64,000 nt of DNA, taken from positions 64,001 through 128,000 of the IMG/VR virus record IMGVR_UViG_3300028886_000035; one strand, 5' to 3'. The notes beneath the pieces were generated by a model, which saw only the letters and a program-made list of their open reading frames with translations, did no database searches and was not told where the DNA came from. Both the position numbers and the translations under genes were made by a program. This DNA is from a virus. Its lineage: Duplodnaviria > Caudoviricetes. Each line of letters starts with the position of its first letter. Within the stretch, counting starts at the first letter, position 1. Below, in pieces: positions 19,572 through 27,953 of the stretch.

Positions 19572-20471
19572 TTATGACCAAGGAAGATTACTTAATTTAT
19601 CACTTAATGATTGTATTTTCCCATTAAACGTTCTTTGATTTTTCTCATTCCTATAAACATTATCTTCTTTATGATAATATTTTGGTACAAAAACATTAGA
19701 ACGGTTTTGTTTACTTGCAACTCTTTCTAATATTTTCGCATCTGGGTCTGCACCTTCAGTTACCAAACTATCTTCAAAAAATTCTACACCACGGTTATCT
19801 TCAAAAACAGGTAAACCATTATATGTTAAACCTTTATAATTTAAAATATGTTCACAAACATCATCGTTCGTTCTAGCTTCATGTCCACAAATTGAACAAA
19901 TTGCATATTCACAATGACAACCCATAGATGTATCTGTTACATATCTTTTTTCAATACCTGAAGCTAACTGTGGGAAAGCCTTTTTATCAATAGCTTCTAA
20001 TAATTCAACAAAATATCCATTTGTATTATAAATAGCATCTAATATAATACCACGAGCATCTTCTACATTTTCATCAACATGGTCAACAAATACTGATTTA
20101 CCAATAAATGTTTTATATGTTTTTAATAATTCTTCATGCGAGAAAAAATCTCCATTTAAATTAGCATTTCTGCAAACCTGTGAATATTTCGCAAAATCGT
20201 TATAATATTCTTCGATAGGAACTAATTCTACCGAACCACCTTTGTGTTCAATAACATTTCCTGCCGAAACTGCACGGTTTCTAATATATAAAAAATCTTT
20301 TTCTTTTGGAACAATCTTAACTACTTTGGCAGTCTTAGTTATATTATTCAAAGTTTTACTATCTTTTAATAAAGATAAATTTGCTTTATTGTTACCAAAT
20401 AATGTAACATTACCATTTTTTTCTAAAGTATAATCTTCTATACGACCTCTCGTATTATTAATAACAATCAT
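19572..20471 (-). CDS. Prohead (capsid maturation) protease with Zn-ribbon insertion
   Basis: NLNGDFF..YKTFIGK.VF.DH..GIILDA..TSMGC..CSICGH..CEH..FFEDS.V..GADP.A; between portal and MCP. Confidence 0.8.
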   Translation of the reverse strand: MIVINNTRGRIEDYTLEKNGNVTLFGNNKANLSLLKDSKTLNNITKTAKVVKIVPKEKDFLYIRNRAVSAGNVIEHKGGSVELVPIEEYYNDFAKYSQVCRNANLNGDFFSHEELLKTYKTFIGKSVFVDHVDENVEDARGIILDAIYNTNGYFVELLEAIDKKAFPQLASGIEKRYVTDTSMGCHCEYAICSICGHEARTNDDVCEHILNYKGLTYNGLPVFEDNRGVEFFEDSLVTEGADPDAKILERVASKQNRSNVFVPKYYHKEDNVYRNEKNQRTFNGKIQSLSDKLSNLPWS

Positions 20472-20488
20472 TTATTTCACCACACTTG

Positions 20489-20788
20489 TTAAAGAGTTTC
20501 CCATATTTTAATTTCATGTAAATATCTACTTGCTACATCTAAACATTCTTGCCAATGTTTATCAACTTCTTCAATTGGACAAACTTCATCTAACAAACCA
20601 AATTGAATGGATTGAGCTAAATTATATGTTAATCCACCTGTGGGAACAAGTGGTAAATCTGCAAGAATTTTTTTTGCAATTAAAAACGCATTATTCGCGT
20701 TCATTTTATCTGTAGCTTGCTTTTTAACAAGAGTTGTGACAACATCATGCGTATACGGAGATACATGATTACTTAATCTTTTAAACAT
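20489..20788 (-). CDS. Hypothetical protein (MFKRLS tag)
   Basis: ORF track; AGGAG RBS. Confidence 0.6.
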   Translation of the reverse strand: MFKRLSNHVSPYTHDVVTTLVKKQATDKMNANNAFLIAKKILADLPLVPTGGLTYNLAQSIQFGLLDEVCPIEEVDKHWQECLDVASRYLHEIKIWETL

Positions 20789-20827
20789 TTAATTTTCTCT
20801 CCTTTATATATATAAACGGAGATAATA

Positions 20828-21145
20828 TTAGTTTTCATCTAACGCTTGTTTAATTGTTTTATTTTCAATTTTCTTTACAGGTGAAAAATCATAATCTGAT
20901 AATTGCGATTTTAATACATCATAAAATCTTTCATCTTTTAATGTTATTTTTTCTTTCATCTGTACATAGGATGAACCAACCTTATCCCCTGTTCTTGTTG
21001 TTAAATAAGGAATATCGGTCAAAATATTCAATATATTGTTTAAATTAACATCTTCATTATTGACAAATCCTATATTTTCATTTTGTTCATCAATAACTAT
21101 TTTTGCTAACGCTTTTGTATTTTTATAAATATCAAATGTATACAT
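20828..21145 (-). CDS. Hypothetical protein
   Basis: ORF track; GGTGA RBS. Confidence 0.6.
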   Translation of the reverse strand: MYTFDIYKNTKALAKIVIDEQNENIGFVNNEDVNLNNILNILTDIPYLTTRTGDKVGSSYVQMKEKITLKDERFYDVLKSQLSDYDFSPVKKIENKTIKQALDEN

Positions 21146-21151
21146 ATTTTA

Positions 21152-22168
21152 TCACCTTTCAATTTCATTAGCCCAATAATCAAACATTTTCTTATCTAGT
21201 TGCTTCAGTTTATCAGGAGATAAAATATATGCTATAAAAGTTTCAACATAATAATATTCAGGACTCTGTCCTGCTAAATAATTAATAAATTTGTCCTTTG
21301 AAAAAATCACGTCTTTGTGTAGTTTATCATAATAATAATTTTTCACTTCATCAGGAACTTCTTGTAAATCATTTAACGCTTTTAATATATAGTATTGAAA
21401 CGATTTTATATCAAATTTTATATAATATGTGTTTTCATTATTATCATATAAATATTCAATTAAATCTGTTATATCTTTGTATTTTTCTTCCAAATCAAAT
21501 TCTTGTACAAATTTAATTTTAATTTTATCTTTTATATATCGTGAATATCTTAAAGATACCAATTTATAAAATGAAGATACTTGTCGCTTATATTTTTTCG
21601 GTACATTATAAAAATGTATTCCATTTGAAATAAGATTATCTGTTTCAATCGTATCTACTTTTTTCACGAAATAAGAATCGCAATCATCTTGTTCAATAAA
21701 ATCTTTTGTAATCAATCCATTTTCCGATACAAATTTACATACAGGGCAAGAAGATTCATGACAAACAAATTCAGTATCTAAATTATTTTCTTGAATAATG
21801 ATATATTGTAAATTTTTATACAAATATTGGATTTCTTTATTTACAATTTGTTCAAATGAATTTAAAAAATTTATATTAAATTCATGATAAACATTATTGA
21901 TTTTTTCTAATACTAAATATACTTCCATTTTCCAATCTTCTAATGATAAAGTATATTTTTCTATAAAATCTTTATACTGATTAGATGGTATATAATCTTC
22001 ATATACAGATTTTATTGCGCATTGACTAATTACATTAACATTATGTTGTAATTCTTGTTTAATCGATTCCGCTTTATCATATAATGGAGCGTTTAAATAA
22101 TCGTTATTTAGTATTTCATTTATTTGTAATATCAAATCTTTAGAAATGTTTCTAATAGTATGTTCCAT
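21152..22168 (-). CDS. Putative head morphogenesis (MuF-like) protein with degenerate zincin-like C-terminus
   Basis: Immediately after portal; CPVC motif; C-terminal PEYYYVETFIAYILSPDKLK..MFDYW; no HExxH. Confidence 0.35.
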   Translation of the reverse strand: MEHTIRNISKDLILQINEILNNDYLNAPLYDKAESIKQELQHNVNVISQCAIKSVYEDYIPSNQYKDFIEKYTLSLEDWKMEVYLVLEKINNVYHEFNINFLNSFEQIVNKEIQYLYKNLQYIIIQENNLDTEFVCHESSCPVCKFVSENGLITKDFIEQDDCDSYFVKKVDTIETDNLISNGIHFYNVPKKYKRQVSSFYKLVSLRYSRYIKDKIKIKFVQEFDLEEKYKDITDLIEYLYDNNENTYYIKFDIKSFQYYILKALNDLQEVPDEVKNYYYDKLHKDVIFSKDKFINYLAGQSPEYYYVETFIAYILSPDKLKQLDKKMFDYWANEIER

Positions 22169-22181
22169 TATATTTTACCTC

Positions 22182-23924
22182 TTATTCATCTTTTATTTTT
22201 TTATTTGTAAAAGTTTTTCCCCTTCTATTAAAGAATTTATCTAAATCTAACGAAGTTTTTACATCATGAGTTTGTAAACCAAAATCTTCAGGATTGTTAC
22301 CTATACTTGGCGTATTTGATGGAGAACTAGGTCTATTAAACGAATTTTCTTCTTCATTTTCTTCACGAGACGGCTTGTTTTCTCTAATTGTATCGCCTGT
22401 CTCATATTCATTAACAATAGGTTTACCTTCATTTGGAAGCGGACCAGTTTTTGGAGCATTCTCGTCGAAAACGCTACCCCTTTCTCTTTCAAGATTGCGT
22501 TTTTCTGTTTCAGGGTCAAGACTAAGTAAAGGCAATACGGTTGTCATTGAAACTAAACCTTTATCACGTAAACTTTGAATAAATGACATTACTGTTTGAT
22601 TTGACGTTAAATCCTGATGTTGCCATAATAATTTTGGTACAATCAATTCCATCTCTTTATTCGCAGCAGCACGTTTAATTTCTTTTGGAGACATATATCT
22701 ACGAGCAATAGAACCATTAATAGGTTTATAAAAACCTTGTGTTTCTGCAATAGGTTTATACACTTTATTTCTAATCCATGATTCCAAACGTAATCTATAA
22801 GCCATATATCTTCTTGCTAATGCTTCTGCGCCAACATTTGCAGCTGAATAAGCAGAACCATCACCATTTAACATAGCTTGTGTAATACCTAATCCTGTCA
22901 TTAATTCATTTTGAATAAAATCAAACTCTGTATTTAATGGAAGGATTTTACCTGTAGAACCAACATACTCAAATGATAATCCATAATGATATACTAAGAA
23001 GAAGTTTGGGTCATCCTCACCTTCCATTAATATATCACGAAAACTATCAATATCATCCTGTGTAGGCATTGGTTCACCAGGCGTACCTATTTTAGCTACA
23101 CGTAAAGGCATAATATGTCTATTAGCTATTGCATCCTGTGCTTGTCTTAATTTATCTTTATAAATTAAAGTTTTAAAACAACGCATCATTAAAGGTGTTC
23201 CCCATGTTTCATAAGGACTTGCTTTGTGTGCAATATGAGAAATCAAACGATTATCTAATGATATATTTTTACCCATTTTTACTTGTGTAATTATATCATC
23301 AGGGAATTGTCTATATAATTCTCCAAATTCTCCTGATGGACCACCTGAAATTATATTTGTAATTTGGTCATCAGGAATCAATTCAATTTGTTGTTCGCCT
23401 GCAAAAATAGAAGCGGTTACATTTACATAATCAGGATTTAATAATGTAAAGTTTTCCCAAATTCCTTCAGATTCATTAAATTGACCGAAAGGAAATACGT
23501 CTCCTATTTTCCAATATTCTAATCCAATTTCCAATAATAAATTAATTAAATCAAGTTTATCAAACGCCATATAATCAAAAAAACGTTTAATATATGGGTC
23601 ACTACAAACATTACTTAAATCAGAAATTGGAAATTCTGTATGTAAATCTAATGCCGTAGCAATTATCGGTTCAGTTCTATAAAAATGTCTGCACCACTCA
23701 TTACGTTCACGTCTATCACGAGGCAACAACATATTTGTTGTCTGAAATAATGGCTGATAGAATGTTGGATTACCCATTCTAACAACACCACTAGAAGCGT
23801 GTACAGTTTTCCCACGTTTCATTCTTGATTGTATTCTTTTTGGTAAATCTGATTTATTTACAATACTATTTTTTGCAAGATTACCATCATATCCTGCGGT
23901 AACAGTTTTATGATTTTTTCTCAA
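22182..23924 (-). CDS. Portal protein
   Basis: 580 aa; WCRHFYRTEPII..LHTEFP, GDVFPF, LLNPDYV, WGTPL, L.TGLGI..AMLNGDG.AY; TTG start with AGGTG RBS. Confidence 0.85.
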   Translation of the reverse strand: MRKNHKTVTAGYDGNLAKNSIVNKSDLPKRIQSRMKRGKTVHASSGVVRMGNPTFYQPLFQTTNMLLPRDRRERNEWCRHFYRTEPIIATALDLHTEFPISDLSNVCSDPYIKRFFDYMAFDKLDLINLLLEIGLEYWKIGDVFPFGQFNESEGIWENFTLLNPDYVNVTASIFAGEQQIELIPDDQITNIISGGPSGEFGELYRQFPDDIITQVKMGKNISLDNRLISHIAHKASPYETWGTPLMMRCFKTLIYKDKLRQAQDAIANRHIMPLRVAKIGTPGEPMPTQDDIDSFRDILMEGEDDPNFFLVYHYGLSFEYVGSTGKILPLNTEFDFIQNELMTGLGITQAMLNGDGSAYSAANVGAEALARRYMAYRLRLESWIRNKVYKPIAETQGFYKPINGSIARRYMSPKEIKRAAANKEMELIVPKLLWQHQDLTSNQTVMSFIQSLRDKGLVSMTTVLPLLSLDPETEKRNLERERGSVFDENAPKTGPLPNEGKPIVNEYETGDTIRENKPSREENEEENSFNRPSSPSNTPSIGNNPEDFGLQTHDVKTSLDLDKFFNRRGKTFTNKKIKDE

Positions 23925-24104
23925 ATTGTTTCACCTAACTTCCTATTAAAAGAAAGAATTATCTACAAAAAATATATATAGCACAATACATTTTATGTCT
24001 TATTTTATCTCTATCATTTATTATACAAAAACAAATAATAAAATTATAATTATTTGTATACATTTGTTAATAAATTTAATATAATAAATAAGAATTATTA
24101 TGTA

Positions 24105-24300
24105 TGGATAGCAATAAGATGTTCTTTAATTCTATTCGTGGTCGATATACATAATCAGTCTTAAAGAATGTGACTGTAATTACATTCTCGTACTAATAAA
24201 TATTAGTACATATATTTAATTTTATATTTTTAAAATACCATGTTTCATTTGACCTCTGGTGAGCATAGTAACGGTGCTCAGAGTTTAGAATTCTAAACAA
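24105..24300. ncRNA. Candidate structured RNA upstream of portal
   Basis: At least five stems including gtactaata/tattagtac, tgagca/tgctca, agaatgt/acattct and CTA-TTCG-TGG. Confidence 0.4.
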
Positions 24301-24346
24301 AAATATACATTCTTTTACCTATGAATATATATTTTTGACGTTATAC

Positions 24347-24379
24347 AAAAAAAGTCATTCATTTAAGAATGACTTTTTT
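24347..24379 (-). terminator. Intrinsic terminator after the fibre gene
   Basis: aaaaaaagtcattc-loop-gaatgactttttt. Confidence 0.75.
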
Positions 24380-24394
24380 CTTTATATTTAAAAT

Positions 24395-26779
24395 TTATTC
24401 AACTTTAGATGTAGAAATTGTACCATCATCGGCTACTACCAAACGATATTTTGTACCATTAGCAGAACTTAATACAACAGAAGTTGCATTATCAGTTTTC
24501 TTTGCATAATTAGCTAATTCTGTCTTTGTAGCAAATGAAGATTGAGCACTTTGTAAATCTGCAACATCTGTAGCTTTTGCATAATCAACAAGCGTATTTG
24601 TAAGAGTTGCTTTTGAAACCACGTCTGCCGTTTTTGCATAAGAAGCAAGTTTCATATCAACAGAACTTTTAAGAGCTACATTTGTATCAATAAAGTCTTT
24701 ATCATAAACATCTGCTACATTTGCTTTAGAATCAATTAATGTAGATTTAGCATATTTACTTAATTTTGTATCTAAATCTGTCTTAGTAACATAAGCATCT
24801 AAATCTGTATCATCTGCTTTTGTAGAAAGTAAATTAATTAATTCTGCTTTGTTACCTTTATCTGCTAATTTAGCATCAATATCATCTTTTGTATATACAT
24901 CGGCAACTTTAACTGCTTGTGTTTGAAGTACATTAAAATCTGCTTTTGTAACATAGTTACTTAATTTACTATCAATAACTGCGGAAGAATAATATTGTGC
25001 TTTATCTGCTTTTTCATTTAAAGCTGTATTAACTGCGGTTGTATCAGCTTTAGAACTTAACAATGTATCAACAGAAGTCTTTGTATATACATTATTAGAT
25101 TTTGCATAGTTGTTCAATGTAGCAACAACATCATCTGATTTTGCATAGGGTAATAACTGACTAGCTATTTCCACTTTAGTATATACTTTATTCAAATCAG
25201 CTTTATTTGTTAATTTAATATCAACATCATCTTTTGTATATACATCTGCTACATTTGCTTTCGTTGCAAATAATCCATCTGCACTAGTCTTATCATATAC
25301 ATCTGCTACATTTGCCTTATCGTTAAGAGCAGTATCTACTTCATCTTTCTTATACGTATTTAAAGCAAGAGCGAATTTACCATCTGCTTCTGTCTTTGTA
25401 TAAGTCGTAGCTACATCTGCTTTTAATGTTAAGAAACCATCAACATCTATTTTATTATATACATCTAATGTATTGGCTTTTAGTGCAAGAGCATTATCTA
25501 CTTCTGACTGTGTGTAAACAGTAGAAATATCTGCTTTATTCAATAAAAGACCATCTACTTCAGATTTTGTATAAGTAGTTGCCTTATCTGCTTTATCAGC
25601 TAATAAAGTATCTGCTTGTGTTTTATCATAAACGGAAGTAATATCTGCTTTATTATTTAATAAGGCATCAGCGTCAACTTTACTATATACATCTGCAACA
25701 TTGGCTTTTTTTAACATTGACATATCGGTTTCTGCTTTTGTATAAGCGTCGCCAACATTAGCTTTACCCATCAACTTAGCGTCAATCTGTGCTTCTGTAT
25801 ACAGTACATTAATGTCCATTTTTCCTGCAAGCATTTCATCAATTGACTTACGAGAATAAGTAAACTTATCATCAATCTTATTCTTTAACATATCGTCAAT
25901 ATCTGCTTTGTTGTATACATCATCAGAATTTGCTTTTAATGCAATTGCAGAAATACGTGGGTCATTATCACCAATAGCAATTGGGTCAAATGCATTAGCT
26001 GGTTCAACAGAAAGTTTTACAACACCTTTAGCAGAAGCCGTAGCATCTTTTAAAGTACCATCAATATTGACATAGGAAACAAATTCATTCCATGTAGAAC
26101 CATCATTAGTAAATTCCCAAGAACCTTTCTTTTCGTTATAACGTAATCCTACAGAATTTTCGTCACCACGGTTTACAGAAATTCCAACATTTGCAGTTGG
26201 TTCACCTGTTTGTGCTTGATTTAAAATAAATGTTGCCGTATTTGTACCTTTAATATTATCAAGTTTTAAATCAAGTTTATCCAAATCTGCATAAGTAGCT
26301 TTATCTGCTAATGTTTCTTTTAAATTAGTAATAGCAGAAATTGGATGGCAATTTGGTAAATCTGTATTCTCTAATAAACTATGGTCACCAGGATATGAGC
26401 CACTAGACATAAATGGACGAATATCAAAAATCATATCATTTGTGATTTTTGCAGTCGTAGCTTTTAAATAAATAGCAGCTAATGGTAAATAATCTTTTGG
26501 AACGACAGGTACTTCAGGTTTTGAATCTGGTTTACCTTCTACAACAGATAATGTACCTTGCTTATTTAAACAAATAACAACCCATTCATTATTTGTTGCA
26601 GGAGCTTTAATAACAGGAGAAGTACCACCTTCATATTCAACAATCTTCATACCTTCGGTATAAAAAGAACCTTCGTTAATAGCAACTGTCATATTTGGGT
26701 CTGCTTGTGCATAAACACGTAATTCTTCTGTAAAAGCACCTATTTTACGATAATTGCTACCTGAAACTGGTTTATTCAT
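24395..26779 (-). CDS. Fibrous virion protein with ~19-aa KA(D/N)xxxVYxKxxxD repeats
   Basis: About 20 or more imperfect repeats; C-terminal LSSANGTKYRLVVADDGT fibre motif. Confidence 0.7.
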   Translation of the reverse strand: MNKPVSGSNYRKIGAFTEELRVYAQADPNMTVAINEGSFYTEGMKIVEYEGGTSPVIKAPATNNEWVVICLNKQGTLSVVEGKPDSKPEVPVVPKDYLPLAAIYLKATTAKITNDMIFDIRPFMSSGSYPGDHSLLENTDLPNCHPISAITNLKETLADKATYADLDKLDLKLDNIKGTNTATFILNQAQTGEPTANVGISVNRGDENSVGLRYNEKKGSWEFTNDGSTWNEFVSYVNIDGTLKDATASAKGVVKLSVEPANAFDPIAIGDNDPRISAIALKANSDDVYNKADIDDMLKNKIDDKFTYSRKSIDEMLAGKMDINVLYTEAQIDAKLMGKANVGDAYTKAETDMSMLKKANVADVYSKVDADALLNNKADITSVYDKTQADTLLADKADKATTYTKSEVDGLLLNKADISTVYTQSEVDNALALKANTLDVYNKIDVDGFLTLKADVATTYTKTEADGKFALALNTYKKDEVDTALNDKANVADVYDKTSADGLFATKANVADVYTKDDVDIKLTNKADLNKVYTKVEIASQLLPYAKSDDVVATLNNYAKSNNVYTKTSVDTLLSSKADTTAVNTALNEKADKAQYYSSAVIDSKLSNYVTKADFNVLQTQAVKVADVYTKDDIDAKLADKGNKAELINLLSTKADDTDLDAYVTKTDLDTKLSKYAKSTLIDSKANVADVYDKDFIDTNVALKSSVDMKLASYAKTADVVSKATLTNTLVDYAKATDVADLQSAQSSFATKTELANYAKKTDNATSVVLSSANGTKYRLVVADDGTISTSKVE

Positions 26780-26817
26780 AGTATTGTTTCACCTCTACTT
26801 ATATATCTATAAATGAT

Positions 26818-26901
26818 TTCTTTGTCTATGAAAATATCATAGAAGATAATTCCTTACGAATAAAATGAACGGTATTCACCGTATTTTTCATTCCTACAAA
26901 G
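26818..26901 (-). promoter_or_regulatory. Structured 5' leader of the fibre gene
   Basis: ctttgt/acaaag outer stem enclosing three hairpins, one with a GUAA loop on the - strand. Confidence 0.35.
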
Positions 26902-27006
26902 TATATATATCTTTTTATTTTTATAATTTTTATATTTATACGCATAATAATTATCATTGAATATAAAAAACGATATTACATTTTTACGTAATATCGTTAA
27001 AAATAT

Positions 27007-27369
27007 TTATTGTTTTTTTATAGAATCTGAAATAGCACTTACAACACTACCATCTTCCATTTGTAATTCATAAACTTGTTTATAATTTTTTTCAAATGGT
27101 CCAAAAACAACAGTAGCTTGTTTTTTACGATAAATAACAATATCTCCAATATCAAATAATTTAATTGGCTTTTTTTTCTTCTTCATCGTTGTGGCTTTTG
27201 CTTTTATTTGTTTAGATGGCATTTGATTATTATCTAAATTATTTAAAATATCATCGTCATTGAAATTAAATGAATTGTTATTTTTTTCTTCTTCATCATA
27301 TTCATATGAATAATTTTCGTTATTTGAATATACATCTTCTTTATTATAATTGTCATTTTGTAGAAACAT
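27007..27369 (-). CDS. Hypothetical protein with C-terminal SH3/KOW-like barrel
   Basis: FDIGDIVIY..ATVV..YELQMEDG. Confidence 0.55.
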   Translation of the reverse strand: MFLQNDNYNKEDVYSNNENYSYEYDEEEKNNNSFNFNDDDILNNLDNNQMPSKQIKAKATTMKKKKKPIKLFDIGDIVIYRKKQATVVFGPFEKNYKQVYELQMEDGSVVSAISDSIKKQ

Positions 27370-27449
27370 TCTATTTCCTCCATATTATTATCATATATAT
27401 TGTATCACCACAAAAATATATTTTCATATAGTATTTTATAACAGATATA

Positions 27450-27633
27450 TAAAAATACCAACAAATAAATTTATTTGTTGGTATTTTAGAATATTATAAC
27501 AAAGAAAGAGGTACAAAACTCTTTATATGGAGTATAGAAAGCTCTTCTTTAAAATAGGAATGATGTTCTGTGTCAACATCATATGGATAACATCATGGAC
27601 AATATGAATTGTTACCTACTTCCCATTTGTTAT
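27450..27633 (-). ncRNA. Candidate ~180-nt small RNA
   Basis: Own promoter (27638-27666) and terminator (27453-27487); 5' and 3' ends pair over ~21 bp; no ORF. Confidence 0.6.
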
Positions 27634-27637
27634 CCAT

Positions 27638-27666
27638 ATTATACAATAAAAATAAAAACTCGTCAA
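27638..27666 (-). promoter_or_regulatory. SigmaA/sigma70-type promoter
   Basis: TTGACG-N17-TATAAT; the -35 box lies in an arm of the upstream terminator hairpin (27657-27689). Confidence 0.75.
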
Positions 27667-27693
27667 GCATTTTTTTGCTTGACGAGTTAATTA

Positions 27694-27936
27694 TCAACGA
27701 ACGTCTGCTACACTAGCAACCTTCTGATTATCTGTAAGAATATCTTTTTCTTTAAGGAAGTCATAAAGTGATTCCATTGTGATATTATCACCATTTAAAG
27801 CAAAATAATTAATAGCATCATTTACCATTTCATCTGTTGGGTCAACACCCATCATCTGTAGCATTTCCTTTACAGAAGTGTTATCATTTACCATAGCACA
27901 AATACTGCGACCATGAATTAAATTCATATCATTCAT
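27694..27936 (-). CDS. Hypothetical protein
   Basis: ORF track; GGTGA RBS. Confidence 0.6.
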   Translation of the reverse strand: MNDMNLIHGRSICAMVNDNTSVKEMLQMMGVDPTDEMVNDAINYFALNGDNITMESLYDFLKEKDILTDNQKVASVADVR

Positions 27937-27953
27937 TTATAATTCACCATTCC

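Noticed and set aside
24105-24300. Hammerhead ribozyme or tRNA
   Set aside because: CUGAUUA does not match the CUGANGA core, and I found no cloverleaf with a T-loop here or elsewhere by eye.
27500-27610. CsrB/RsmZ-like RNA on the + strand (several GGA motifs)
   Set aside because: The promoter and G-U pairs support the - strand and no good + strand promoter was found; not fully excluded.
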